Origin: an uncultured Acidobacteriota bacterium
GTDB lineage: Bacteria; Acidobacteriota; JAQAZP01
DNA: 64,000 nt
Direction of reading: 5' to 3'
Assembly: GCA_963836075.1 (NCBI GenBank)
Contig: CAWIIB010000009.1
Location: 608,001-672,000, forward strand
The translations under genes were made by a program, and so were the position numbers. Each line of letters begins with the position of its first letter. Positions within the stretch are counted from its first letter, which is position 1. The notes below the pieces were generated by a model. That model was given only the letters and a program-made list of their open reading frames with translations, had not been told where the DNA came from and ran no database searches. This document shows positions 53,761 through 64,000 of this stretch, in pieces.

Positions 53761-55812
53761 ATGAAAGCAGCGCGGATTCACATCGTCTGTTCCCTGATCG
53801 GCAGCCTGCTGCTCCTCCTCCCTGCCGTGTGCGTCGCCACCGAGAAGGAAGAGCTGGAAGATCGCCTGGTCTTTGCCACCGGCGCGGAGCGTGTGGACCT
53901 GCTGAACGAACTGGCCTACGAGATCAAGGAGATCGAGACGCAGCAGTCGGTGGCTCATTCCACGGAAGCACTGCAACTGGCCCGGGAACTGGACTACGAG
54001 GAGGGAGAAGTCACCGCCCTGAACAATCTGGGGATCGGGCACTACTTCCTCGCCGACTACGCCCGGGCCCTGCTGTACTACACCGAATGCCTGGAACTGG
54101 CCGAGCAGCTGGGAAACCAGGATCGAAGCGCCGCCGCGCTGAACAACATCGGCATCATCCACTTCCTCTGGGGCGAATACGACCAGGCCCTGGACTATTA
54201 CTACCGCGCTCTGGCCATTCGGGAAGCGCTGGGCGACGAACTGGAGATCGCCAAGGGATACAACAACCTGGGCAATGTCTCCGATGCCACGGAAGAGTAC
54301 GCGGAAGCGCTGCGGCACTATGGGGAAGCGATCAGGATCTACGAAAAGCTGGGTGAGCGGCAGTTGATGACCAGCACGCTGAACAATATCGGGCTGGTTC
54401 ACGTGGGGATGGAGCAGTATGACCAGGCGCTGGCCTCCCTGACCCGGGCCCTGGAGATCGGGCGGGAACTTGGCGACCGGGCCAGCATGGGCTTCTCGCT
54501 CAACCACATGGGAATGGTTCACGAGGCGCGGGGTGATTTCCAGGCCGCCCTGAGCAGCTACCAGGAAGCACTTGAGGTGCGCATCTCCATCGGCGACCGG
54601 CAGGGAGAAGCCGACACTCGCAAGAACATCGGAAACATTTTTGCCCAGACCGGCGACCTGGAACGGGCAGTGGACGACCTGGACGAGGCGCTGGCCGTGG
54701 CCAGCGAGATCAACGTCAAGGAGATCGTGCGAGACACGCACCTCTCCCTCTCCGAGCTCCATGAGCGGGCCGGCCGGATGGACATGGCACTGGAGCACTT
54801 CAAGCAGTTCAAGGAAATCAACGACAGCATCTTCAACGAGGCCAGCAGCCGCAAGATGGCCGAACTGCAGACCCGTTTCGAGGTGGAGGGAAAGGACCAG
54901 CAGATCGAACTTCTTGAGCGAAAACGGAAGACACAGCGGACCATCCGCAACATCATCCTGCTCAGTCTTGCCCTGACCGTGGTCATCATCTTCCTGCTCT
55001 ACCGCGGCTACCGCCTGAAGGTCCGCGTCAACCGGGAAATCCGTCGGAAGAACCTGGCCCTGGAGCGGGCCCACGCCGAGCTGGAGGCGGCGGCCCGGAC
55101 CGAACTGGCCCACGTGGCCCGGGTGGCCACCATGGGCGAGCTCTCCGCCGCCTTTGTTCACGAGCTGCGGCAGCCGCTCACCGCCATCCTCCAGAATGCG
55201 AGGGCATCCCAACGATTTCTCCGGGCGACACCGCCCAACGAGCAGGAGGTGGACGGGGCACTGGCCGACATCGTCGAGTCCACCGGTCGGGCCGACGAAA
55301 TCATCACCAGGCTTCGCGCGCTGATGCGCCGCGGCGAAATCAGCCAAGAAAAATTCGACGTCAACGACGCCGTGCGGTTGATCGAGCCCATCGCCCGGGC
55401 CGACGTAAAGACAAAAGACGTGAACCTGGAACTGGCCCTGGAACCGGGCCTGCCGGAGATCGAGGGGGACCGGATCCAGCTGCAGCAGGTGGTGCTCAAT
55501 CTGATCCAGAACGGGGCCGCGGCGATGAAGGGAGCCGCATCCGGCAGCGCACTGCAGGTAACCACCTCCGTTGACGAGGAAAACAGAATCATGGTATCGG
55601 TGAGGGATGCCGGTCCGGCCATCGACGATGAGGTACTGGAGCAGATGTTCGACCCGTTCTACACCACCCGTGAGGATGGCCTGGGCATGGGGCTGCCCAT
55701 CTGCCGCACCATCATCAAGGCCCACGGGGGAAAGCTGTGGGCAGAGCGCAACACTGACCGGGGTCTGACCGTGCAGTTCTCGTTGCCCACAGGGGAAGCG
55801 GATGATGCCTGA
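53761..55812 (+). CDS. Sensor histidine kinase with extracytoplasmic TPR repeats
   Basis: Signal peptide, repeated LNNIG/YNNLG TPR helices, TM segment, MGELSAAFVHELRQPL, QQVVLNLIQNG, GLGMGLPIC. Confidence 0.92.
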   Translation: MKAARIHIVCSLIGSLLLLLPAVCVATEKEELEDRLVFATGAERVDLLNELAYEIKEIETQQSVAHSTEALQLARELDYEEGEVTALNNLGIGHYFLADYARALLYYTECLELAEQLGNQDRSAAALNNIGIIHFLWGEYDQALDYYYRALAIREALGDELEIAKGYNNLGNVSDATEEYAEALRHYGEAIRIYEKLGERQLMTSTLNNIGLVHVGMEQYDQALASLTRALEIGRELGDRASMGFSLNHMGMVHEARGDFQAALSSYQEALEVRISIGDRQGEADTRKNIGNIFAQTGDLERAVDDLDEALAVASEINVKEIVRDTHLSLSELHERAGRMDMALEHFKQFKEINDSIFNEASSRKMAELQTRFEVEGKDQQIELLERKRKTQRTIRNIILLSLALTVVIIFLLYRGYRLKVRVNREIRRKNLALERAHAELEAAARTELAHVARVATMGELSAAFVHELRQPLTAILQNARASQRFLRATPPNEQEVDGALADIVESTGRADEIITRLRALMRRGEISQEKFDVNDAVRLIEPIARADVKTKDVNLELALEPGLPEIEGDRIQLQQVVLNLIQNGAAAMKGAASGSALQVTTSVDEENRIMVSVRDAGPAIDDEVLEQMFDPFYTTREDGLGMGLPICRTIIKAHGGKLWAERNTDRGLTVQFSLPTGEADDA

Positions 55813-56446
55813 AACCGAACCAGTGGTCTTCGTGGTGGATGACGATCCGGCGATCCGGGAGTCCCTCAAGCGGCTGTTCAAATCTGTGGGGATGGAGGTT
55901 CAGGCATTCGAGTCGGCCCGCGAGTTCGTCGGCTTCCAGCTGCCCGATCGGCCCTGCTGCCTGGTGCTCGACGTGCGCATGCCGCGAATGAGCGGCCTCG
56001 ACCTGCAGCGGGAACTGGAGAAAAGAGGATCGCTCCTGCCGATCATCTTCATCACCGCCCACGGTGACGTTCCCATGGCCGTGGATGCGATGAAGGTCGG
56101 GGCCATCGATTTCCTGCAGAAGCCGTTCAGCGACCAGCAGCTGCTCGACGCCGTCCAGCGCGCCATCGAGCTGGACCGTGAAGACCGGGCCGAGCGCGAG
56201 GAACGGGCCGCCGTCCAGGACCGGGTGGACACACTCACACCCCGCGAACTGGAAGTGATGTCGTTGGTGGTCAGCGGTATGCTGAACAAGCAGATCGCCT
56301 TCGACCTGGGCACCAGCGAAAAGACCATCAAGGTCCACCGCGGCCGGGTGATGGAAAAGATGAAGGCCGACTCGCTGGCCCACCTGGTCAAACTTGCCGG
56401 AACCGTTGGAATCCACGGAAAGGGGGATACGCCTGACAACGACTGA
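55802..56446 (+). CDS. FixJ/NodW-type response regulator (REC + LuxR HTH)
   Basis: VVDDD, LDVRMP, FITAHGD, LTPRELEV, LNKQIAFDLG, TIKVHRGRVMEK. Confidence 0.95.
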   Translation: MMPETEPVVFVVDDDPAIRESLKRLFKSVGMEVQAFESAREFVGFQLPDRPCCLVLDVRMPRMSGLDLQRELEKRGSLLPIIFITAHGDVPMAVDAMKVGAIDFLQKPFSDQQLLDAVQRAIELDREDRAEREERAAVQDRVDTLTPRELEVMSLVVSGMLNKQIAFDLGTSEKTIKVHRGRVMEKMKADSLAHLVKLAGTVGIHGKGDTPDND

Positions 56447-56568
56447 ACCACGGCCCCACCCTGGACCCCGCCTCTCGTCCCACCTTTAAAATATTGTCAT
56501 CATTGCAGTTTCACCTATAACGTCCCGGCGCTCCCCATGGGACACGGGGTACCCCCGGGCCCATCCAT

Positions 56569-56586
56569 ATGGGACCAAGGTCCAAT
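56569..56586. promoter_or_regulatory. Palindromic operator candidate for the adjacent FixJ-type regulator
   Basis: ATGGGACC-AA-GGTCCAAT (one mismatch from a perfect palindrome), ~120 bp upstream of the next gene. Confidence 0.5.
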
Positions 56587-56704
56587 TGTGGCGCACTCTC
56601 CCCGAGACGTATCCTTTCATCGTCACGTGTTGATGCTTGTCTGCAATTCGGTCGGTTCGGTTGATTCGGACCCATACCGTCGAACAACCCAAGGAGGAAG
56701 AGTG

Positions 56705-58258
56705 ATGAAGAGGACCCTGATTCTGCTGGCAGCGGTTGCGATGTTCGCCTGGACGGCCATGCCCGCCGTCTGCGCCGTCGAGGACTTCGAGGACGGCGTG
56801 GCCGACTACGGCTGGTCCTTCGGCTTTGCCGACGTGGTTCAGTCCACCGGCGGCAACCCCGGTTACTGGCTGAACAACCCGTCGCTGGACACCTTCGCCC
56901 CCATTCTGTCCACGGAAGAGGGCGCGGCCGATTTCACCGGTGACTACCGGGCCATGGGCGTGACCGCCATCAGCTTCGACGCCCGGACCGACTACATCGA
57001 CTTCGGCCCGGTGCCCATTGAGATGTCGGTGCTCCTGCGCGACACCAAGGGGACGCCGAGTGTGGATGACGACGACTACGCCTACTTCCCGGGCGCGATC
57101 ATTCCCCAGCCGGGTGAAGGCTGGCTGCACTACGAGTTCATCATCCCCAGCGCCTCCACCGAAGCCGTTCCCGCCGGCTGGTCCGGCGGCTGGGTCGGCG
57201 ACGGCGAGAACTTCCGCCCCGGCATCGACTGGAACGACGTGATCACTGGCGTCGACGTTGTCGAGATCTGGTGGTTCCACCCAGCCTACTTCGGCATCTT
57301 CCAGAACTGGAACGTGGGCGTGGACAACATCACCATCACCGTGGATCCGGGCTGTGCCGTCGAGGATTTCGAGGACGGCGTGGCCGATTACGGCCTCTCC
57401 TTCGGCTTTGCCGACGTGGTTCAGTCCACCGGCGGCAACCCCGGTTACTGGCTGAACAACCCGTCGCTGGACACCTTCGCTCCCATCCTGTCCACCGATG
57501 AGGGCGCTGCCGATTTCACCGGCGACTACCGCGGGATGGGCGTGACCACCATCACATTCGACGCCCGCACCGACCACATGGACTTCGGTTACAACCCCAT
57601 CGAGATGTCGGTGCTGCTGCGCGACACCAAGGGCACGCCGACAGTGGATGACGACGACTACGCCTACTTCCCGGGCCAGCTCATTCCCGAGATCGGCGTG
57701 GGGTGGGTACACTACGAGTTCACCATCCCCAGCGCCTCCCTAGACGCCGTTCCCGCCGGCTGGTCCGGCGGCTGGGTCGGTGACGGCGAGAACTTCCGCC
57801 CCGGCGTGGAGTGGAGCGACGTGATCACCAGCGTCGACGTGCTGGAGATCTGGTGGTTCCACCCGGCCTACTTCGGGATTTTCCAGAACTGGAATGTGGG
57901 CGTGGACAACCTGGCCATCTGCTACGGCGGCCCGGACTTCGGTGCGGCCCTCGACGTGACCCCCGAGACCGGCACCCTGCCCTTCCCGCTGACGGTTGTC
58001 CCCCAGGTGTGTAACTTCGACAGCGTTCACCACCAGTACTACGGCCAGATCGACTTCACGCGGGCCAACGGTGTGGTGGTCAACGACTGGCGCCACGGCA
58101 CGGTGACGGTGCCCCCGGGCGACTGCAAGCTTCCCAGCTTCCAGTTCAACCTGCCGGCCTACGATGCCCTGCGCGGCAACAACACCCTCACCCTCACTTT
58201 CGAGAACCTCGACACGGGCGTGGTCCAGTCGGCCACCGCGGTTGTGAACGCCAACTAA
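56705..58258 (+). CDS. Secreted protein with a tandem 194-aa duplicated domain and a divergent copy of the shared C-terminal domain
   Basis: AAGGAGG RBS, signal peptide MKRTLILLAAVAMFAWTAMPA, two EDFEDG...GVDN units, then P.TGTLPF...WRHG...LPAY.AL.G.N. Confidence 0.88.
   Translation: MKRTLILLAAVAMFAWTAMPAVCAVEDFEDGVADYGWSFGFADVVQSTGGNPGYWLNNPSLDTFAPILSTEEGAADFTGDYRAMGVTAISFDARTDYIDFGPVPIEMSVLLRDTKGTPSVDDDDYAYFPGAIIPQPGEGWLHYEFIIPSASTEAVPAGWSGGWVGDGENFRPGIDWNDVITGVDVVEIWWFHPAYFGIFQNWNVGVDNITITVDPGCAVEDFEDGVADYGLSFGFADVVQSTGGNPGYWLNNPSLDTFAPILSTDEGAADFTGDYRGMGVTTITFDARTDHMDFGYNPIEMSVLLRDTKGTPTVDDDDYAYFPGQLIPEIGVGWVHYEFTIPSASLDAVPAGWSGGWVGDGENFRPGVEWSDVITSVDVLEIWWFHPAYFGIFQNWNVGVDNLAICYGGPDFGAALDVTPETGTLPFPLTVVPQVCNFDSVHHQYYGQIDFTRANGVVVNDWRHGTVTVPPGDCKLPSFQFNLPAYDALRGNNTLTLTFENLDTGVVQSATAVVNAN
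56771..57922 (+). repeat. Intragenic tandem duplication with a 582-bp period
   Basis: Unit 1 starts at 56771 and unit 2 at 57353; long identical DNA stretches, e.g. TTCGGCTTTGCCGACGTGGTTCAGTCCACCGGCGGCAACCCCGGTTACTGGCTGAACAACCCGTCGCTGGACACCTTCGC. Confidence 0.95.
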
Positions 58259-58356
58259 ACATCGTCACGGCCCGCTCCAGCGAGCGGCGCCGGCGACCGA
58301 TGACCTCCAGCGGCCCGGGGGCAACCCCGGGCCGCTGACTGTATACCGGGGAATTC

Positions 58357-58728
58357 ATGAGCAGCCAGCCCAACACCATCTTCGTCATCGACGACGATCC
58401 GGCCATCCGCCGGGCGCTGCGCCGGCTGCTCACCGCGGAAGGGTACGAGGTGAAAACCTTTGATTCGGCCCGGGAGTTCCTGCGGCTCCGCTACCCGGAA
58501 GCACCGGCCTGCCTGATTCTCGATGTTCGTATGCCGCGGATGAGCGGCCTCGAACTGCAGCGGCGGCTGGCCGAAGAGGGGCTGAAGATCCCCATCATCT
58601 TCATCACCGGACACGGTGACGAGGAGATGGCCGCGGCGGCCCGGGAGGCCGGCGCCGAGGATTTCCTGCACAAACCGCTGCTTGATCACCAGCTTTTGGA
58701 CATCGTCAGGAGTGTCCTTGAATCCTGA
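58357..58728 (+). CDS. Single-domain response regulator (REC only)
   Basis: VIDDD, LDVRMP, FITGHGD, LHKP; no output domain. Confidence 0.93.
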   Translation: MSSQPNTIFVIDDDPAIRRALRRLLTAEGYEVKTFDSAREFLRLRYPEAPACLILDVRMPRMSGLELQRRLAEEGLKIPIIFITGHGDEEMAAAAREAGAEDFLHKPLLDHQLLDIVRSVLES

Positions 58729-58856
58729 TAAGCCCCTGGATCCGAATCACCAGCCACAGCCCCGCATCCAATCCTGACGATTTCACTTTTTAGAACGCAC
58801 CGCCCCGAAACGATGTAAAATGCTCGCTCTAGGCAAACAACCCGGGGAGGTGAGCG

Positions 58857-61563
58857 ATGATATTCGAAGAATTCAAGGAACAGCTGCCGGACAGTGACCC
58901 ACTGGAAACAAGGGAGTGGATGGATTCGCTCGACGAGGTGGTGCAGCGGGCCGGGGCGGACCGCGCCCAGTTCCTGCTCTACAAGGTGCTGAAAAGGGCC
59001 AAGCAGCTGAACCTCGGCCTGCCGCCCACCACCCAGACCCGCTACATCAACACCATCAGCCCCGAGCAGGAGCCGGACTTCCCCGGCGACGAGGCGATGG
59101 AGCGGCGGATCCGGCGGCTGATCCGCTGGAACGCCGTGGCCATGGTCACCCGGGCCAACAACCACTACGCCGGGCTGGGCGGCCACCTCTCCAGCTACGC
59201 CTCGGCGGCCTCGCTCTACGAGGTGGGCTTCAACCACTTCTTCCGCGGCAAGGACGACAACGGCACCGGCGACCTGATCTTCTTCCAGGGCCACGCCTCC
59301 CCCGGGATCTACGCCCGGGCCTTTCTGGAGGGCCGGTTCGATGAGGCGCAGCTGGACCGTTTCCGCCGCGAGGCCTTCGCCCCGGGGCTCTCCAGCTACC
59401 CCCACCCGCGGCTGATGCCCGACTTCTGGGAGTTCCCCACGGTCTCCATGGGCCTCGGTCCTTTGAACGCCATCTACCAGGCGCGGTTCCTGCGCTACCT
59501 GCAGAACCGCGGCATCGCCGACACCAGCGGCCGGCGGGTCTGGGCTTTTCTCGGCGACGGCGAGACCGACGAGCCCGAATCGCTGGCCGCGCTGCGGCTG
59601 GCCTCCCGCGAGGGGCTGGACAACCTGATCTTCGTGGTCAACTGCAACCTGCAGCGGCTGGACGGGCCGGTGCGGGGCAACGGCAAGATCATCCAGGAAC
59701 TGGAGGCGTGTGTTCCGCGGCGCCGGCTGGAACGTCTTCAAGGTGATCTGGGGCCGGGAGTGGGACGAGCTGCTGAAGAACGACCTGGACGGACAGCTGG
59801 TGAAACGGATGGGCGACACCCTGGACGGCGACTACCAGCGCTTCCGCGTGGAGACCGGGGCCTACATCCGCGAGCACTTCTTCGGCCCGGAGCCGGCACT
59901 GCAGAAGCTGGTGGAGCACCTGGACGACGAACAGCTGAAACGGCTGCGCCGCGGTGGGCACGACTACCGCAAGCTCTACGCCGCATACAAGGCGGCCACC
60001 GAAATCGGAGGGCGGCCCTCGGTGATCCTGGCCAAGACGGTCAAGGGCTGGACCCTGGGTGACGAGTTCGAAGGGCGCAACGCCACCCACCAGATGAAGA
60101 AGCTGAACGAAAAGGAGCTGAAGGTCTTCCGCGACCGGCTGGAACTGCCGATTCCCGACGAGAAGATATCGGAAGCGCCCTACTACCACCCCGGCCCGGA
60201 GAGCGAGGAGGTTCGCTACATGCTGGAGCGGCGGCAGGCCCTGGGCGGTCTCGGTGCCCAAACGCGTGGTGCTGCCGGTGCAGCTGGACCTCCCCGGCGA
60301 GAAGGCCTTCGCCGAGTTCCACGCCGGCACCGAGGAGGCGAAGCAGGAAGCCTCCACCACCATGGCCTTTGCCCGGCTGGTGCGCAACCTGATGAAGGAC
60401 AAGTCGATCGGCTCGCGGGTGGTGCCGATCATCCCCGACGAGGCGCGGACCTTCGGCATGGACCCCTTCTTCAGCCAGTTCAAGATCTACTCGCCCCAGG
60501 GACAGAACTACCAGCCGGTGGACGCCGATTTCGTGCTCAGCTACAAGGAGGCCGTGGACGGCCAGATCCTCGAGGAGGGGATCACCGAGGCCGGGGCCAT
60601 GGCCTCCTTCACCGCCGCGGGCACCAGCTACGCCACCAACGGCGAGCCCATGCTGCCGCTCTACATCTTCTACTCCATGTTCGGTTTCCAGCGGGTGGGC
60701 GACTCCATCTGGTCCTTTGCCGACAACCGCGGCCGGGGCTTCCTGCTGGGGGCCACCGCCGGACGCACCACCCTCAACGGCGAGGGCCTGCAGCACCAGG
60801 ACGGCCACAGCCTGCTGCTGGCCGCCACCGTACCCTCCTGCCGGGCCTACGACCCGGCCTACGCCTACGAGATGGCGGTGATCGTGGAAGAGGGCATGCG
60901 CCGGATGCTGGACAACAGCGAGGACATCTTCTACTACCTCACCCTCTACAACGAGGCCTACGTCATGCCCCGGCATGCCCGAGGGGGCGAAGGAGGGTAT
61001 CCTCAGGGGCCTCTACCTGGTCAAAGCCTGCAGAGGGGGATCACCCGCTCCGTGTCCAACTGCTCGGCTCCGGCCCGATCCTGCGCGAGGCGATCCGGGC
61101 CCAGGCGATTCTCGCCGAAAAATTCCAGGTATCGGCCGACGTCTGGAGCGTCACCAGCTACGGCGAGCTGCGGCGGGACGCCCTGGACTGTGAACGGCAC
61201 GCCGGCATGTACCCCGACGAGACGGCCCGCACGCCCTACATCACCGAACAGTTGGGCACGGTTGAGGGGCCGGTGATCGCGGCCACCGACTATCTCAAGG
61301 CGGTGCCCGACCTGGTGGCCCGCTGGGTGCCCGGCGATTTCACGGTCCTGGGCACCGACGGGTTCGGCCGCAGTGACACCCGGCAGGCGTTGCGCTACTT
61401 TTTCGAGATCGATGCCGAGCACATCGCGGCATCGGCCCTGGCGGCCCTGGCCCGGCAGGGGAAGATCGAGGCGGAACTGGTGAGCGAAGCCTTGAAAACG
61501 CTGGAGATCTGCCACACCACACCCAACCCCTGGGACTGCGCCCCCTGCCACGGGACCGACTGA
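58857..61563 (+). CDS. aceE: Pyruvate dehydrogenase E1, homodimeric type; four +1 frameshifts (~59709, ~60252, ~60971, ~61024), probably sequence errors
   Basis: [59 protein letters not shown] and [10 protein letters not shown] run collinearly across successive frames. Confidence 0.93.
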
Positions 61564-61602
61564 CCGGTCGATCACAATGGCCCGCACCACCATGGTGCGG
61601 AC

Positions 61603-61634
61603 TTGCAGAGCGTTATGCTCAGCTGTATATTACG
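61603..61634 (+). promoter_or_regulatory. Sigma70 promoter overlapped by a ModE-type operator
   Basis: TTGCAG (61603), 17 bp, TATATT (61626). CG-T-TATGCT-N6-TATATT-A-CG at 61611-61634 fits the ModE consensus CGnTATATA-N6-TATATAnCG. Confidence 0.7.
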
Positions 61635-61638
61635 GTCC

Positions 61639-61995
61639 ATGGGCAAGAAGGGGACAGATCGGCGGTACCGGGTGCGGGGCAAACTCTGGATCGAGGGACC
61701 GGAAGGGACCTTTATCGGCTATGGCCGGGCCGTGCTGCTGGAGCGGATCGGGGAACATGGTTCGATCAGCGCGGCGGCCCGCTCGATGAAGATGTCCTAC
61801 CGTCACGCCTGGAAGCTGGTGGATTCGATGAACCGCCAGGGCCGCTCACCACTGGTGGTGACCAGTACCGGCGGCAAGGGCGGCGGCGGGACAGCACTGA
61901 CCGAAACCGGCGAACAGGCGGTCACGGCCTTCCGTGCCGCCTGGAAGGAACTGGGGGCCTTTCTCCAGCGGCGCACCGGCAAGCTCGACTTCTGA
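61639..61995 (+). CDS. modE: ModE-family winged-helix regulator (DNA-binding domain only)
   Basis: G.GRAVLLERI...GSISAAARSMKMSYRHAW...GGKGGGGTALT; lies upstream of modABC. Confidence 0.88.
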   Translation: MGKKGTDRRYRVRGKLWIEGPEGTFIGYGRAVLLERIGEHGSISAAARSMKMSYRHAWKLVDSMNRQGRSPLVVTSTGGKGGGGTALTETGEQAVTAFRAAWKELGAFLQRRTGKLDF

Positions 61996-62029
61996 AAGAT
62001 TCCACACCACACCTGGATCAGGAGACCGA

Positions 62030-62800
62030 ATGCACCGACAGTTCACGGTCATGATCATCATTACCGCAATGCTCCTGCTCGGTCCCGCCGCCGCGGCCGA
62101 CGAGATCCGGGTGGCGGTGGCGGCCAACTTCGCCGACGCCATGAACGCCCTGGTCTCCAGCTTTGAAGCTGCCAGCGGCCACACGGTGGTCCCGGTCTTC
62201 GGCTCCACCGGCAAGCACTACGCCCAGATCGTCAACGGCGCCCCTTTTGCCGCTTTCCTCGCCGCCGATGTGGAACGGCCGAAGCTGCTGGAGGATAAGG
62301 GCCTGGCCCAAACCGGCAGCCGCCTCACCTACGCCGTGGGCCGCCTGGTGCTCTGGAGTCGGACGGACGGCCTTGTCGACCCCGCCGGCGAGGTTCTGTG
62401 GCGGGGGACCTTCCGGCACCTGGCCATCGCCAGCCCCCAGCTGGCCCCCTACGGCGCCGCCGCCGAGGAGACGCTGCGGGCCATGGAACTGTGGGAACGG
62501 CTGGAACCTCGCCTGGTGCGCGGCGAGAGCATCAGCCAGGCCTTCCAGTTCGTGCGCACCGGCAACGCCGAGCTGGGGTTCGTGGCCCTCTCACAGCTCC
62601 GGCGGCACGGGCAAACGCAGGAGGGATCATCCTGGCTCGTCCCCCAGGAACACCACCGGCCCATCGAACAGCAGGCCGTCCTGCTCACCGATTCGAAAGC
62701 GGCGCGGCAGTTCCTCGATTTCCTCAGGGGGGACGCGGCCCGGGAGATCATCCTCCGCTACGGCTACACCATTCCCGAACCGGAGGCCGCTGCACCGTGA
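62030..62800 (+). CDS. modA: Molybdate ABC transporter substrate-binding protein
   Basis: [49 protein letters not shown]; AGGAG RBS. Confidence 0.95.
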   Translation: MHRQFTVMIIITAMLLLGPAAAADEIRVAVAANFADAMNALVSSFEAASGHTVVPVFGSTGKHYAQIVNGAPFAAFLAADVERPKLLEDKGLAQTGSRLTYAVGRLVLWSRTDGLVDPAGEVLWRGTFRHLAIASPQLAPYGAAAEETLRAMELWERLEPRLVRGESISQAFQFVRTGNAELGFVALSQLRRHGQTQEGSSWLVPQEHHRPIEQQAVLLTDSKAARQFLDFLRGDAAREIILRYGYTIPEPEAAAP

Positions 62801-63471
62801 ACCCGGAACTCACCGCCCTCTGGATCACCTTCAAGCTGGCCGGAATCACCACCCTGATCCTGCTGGTTCTCGGCACGCCGCTGGCCTGGTGGCTGGCCCG
62901 CACCGCGGTTCGCTGGAAGACCCTGGTGGAAGCGGTGGTGGCCCTGCCGCTGGTCCTGCCGCCCACGGTGCTCGGCTTCTACCTGCTGGTGGCCCTCGGG
63001 CCCCGGGGGCCGCTGGGCCGGCTGATGGAGCTGCTGGGCCGGCCGCCGCTGACCTTCACCTTCGCCGGCCTGGTGGTGGGGTCGATGATCTACTCGCTAC
63101 CCTTCGTGGTCCAGCCGCTGGAGGGGGCCTTCACCGCGGTGGGCCGCCGCCCGCTGGAAGCGGCGGCCACCCTCGGCGCATCCCCGCTTGACCGCTTCTT
63201 TACCGTGGCCGTGCCCCTGGCCCGCCCCGGCTTCCTCACCGCCGCGGTGCTCGGCTTCGCCCACACGGTGGGCGAGTTCGGCGTGGTGCTGATGATCGGC
63301 GGCAGCATCCCCGGCGAGACCCGGGTCCTCTCCATCGCCATCTACGACCAGGTGGAGATGCTGCAGTATGGCCGGGCCCACTGGCTGGCCGGCGGGCTGC
63401 TGCTGCTCTCCTTTCTGATGCTGCTGGCGGTCTACAGCCTGAACCGCCGTTTCGTACTGGTGCGGCCATGA
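62797..63471 (+). CDS. modB: Molybdate ABC transporter permease
   Basis: [33 protein letters not shown]; GTGA overlap with modA. Confidence 0.96.
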   Translation: MNPELTALWITFKLAGITTLILLVLGTPLAWWLARTAVRWKTLVEAVVALPLVLPPTVLGFYLLVALGPRGPLGRLMELLGRPPLTFTFAGLVVGSMIYSLPFVVQPLEGAFTAVGRRPLEAAATLGASPLDRFFTVAVPLARPGFLTAAVLGFAHTVGEFGVVLMIGGSIPGETRVLSIAIYDQVEMLQYGRAHWLAGGLLLLSFLMLLAVYSLNRRFVLVRP

Positions 63472-64000
63472 GCATCGAGGCCCGTTTCAAGATCACCCGC
63501 GGAGACTTCACCCTCGCGGTGCAGCTCACCGCGCCGGACCGCGGGGTCACCGCCATCGTCGGCCCCTCGGGCTGCGGCAAGACCACCCTGCTGCGGGCCA
63601 TGGCCGGCCTTGAGCCATGTCCCGGTGGACACTTGAAGATCGGTGACCGGGTGTGGCAGGAGAACGGCTTCTCCCTGCCGGCCCACTGCCGGGCACTGGG
63701 CTACGTCTTCCAGGAGACCTGTCTCTTCGAGCACCTCACGGTGCGGGGCAACCTGGAGTACGGACTGAAGCGCACGCCCGAGGCGCGGCGCCAGGTCTCC
63801 TTTCAGCGGGCAGTGGACCTGCTGGGGGTGGAACCGCTCCTCGATCGCCGGACCAACGGGCTCTCCGGCGGCGAGGCCCAGCGGGTGGCCATTGCCCGGG
63901 CGCTGCTGGTCAGCCCGCAGCTCCTCCTGCTGGACGAGCCGCTGGCCGCACTGGACCTGGAGAGCCGGGCGAACATCCTCCCCTTTCTCCAGCGGATGCA
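63468..64000 (+). CDS. modC: Molybdate ABC transporter ATP-binding protein, 3'-truncated by the window edge
   Basis: ATG at 63468; [42 protein letters not shown]. Confidence 0.93.
   Translation, partial: MSIEARFKITRGDFTLAVQLTAPDRGVTAIVGPSGCGKTTLLRAMAGLEPCPGGHLKIGDRVWQENGFSLPAHCRALGYVFQETCLFEHLTVRGNLEYGLKRTPEARRQVSFQRAVDLLGVEPLLDRRTNGLSGGEAQRVAIARALLVSPQLLLLDEPLAALDLESRANILPFLQRM

Overview
This is GC-rich bacterial chromosomal DNA from a diderm organism (TolC- and AsmA-type genes are present). I found no rRNA, tRNA or CRISPR array. Much of the window is central carbon and energy metabolism: ctaB, acnA, fumC, ndh, maeB, an aceA-aminotransferase-aceB operon, aceE, and a ThDP decarboxylase/SSADH pair. 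It also holds an ABC/HlyD/TolC exporter, several two-component systems, a Hsp20/J-protein cluster, sodN and modE-modABC. Notable observations: (1) Four secreted proteins with unrelated N-terminal passenger domains share a ~105-125 aa C-terminal domain; three carry the signature DVT(P/A)(A/S)P(Y/F)NQPPYPx(A/S)GD. This looks like an unrecognised export or surface-sorting signal, and a secreted Cys-His-Asp enzyme lies among these genes. (2) A truncated IS110 element has split a REP-like palindrome; its upstream non-coding region has two-loop, bridge-RNA-like structure and contains a 9-nt match to the insertion junction. (3) A reduced GAK-like module is present (His phosphatase, two amphi-Trp proteins, PhoU-kinase fusion). 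(4) A small membrane ORF has an in-frame TGA followed by a SECIS-like hairpin. (5) All seven frameshifts (aceE, tolC, transposase) are +1 shifts and are probably sequencing errors. All family assignments come from motif recognition by eye, not from database searches.
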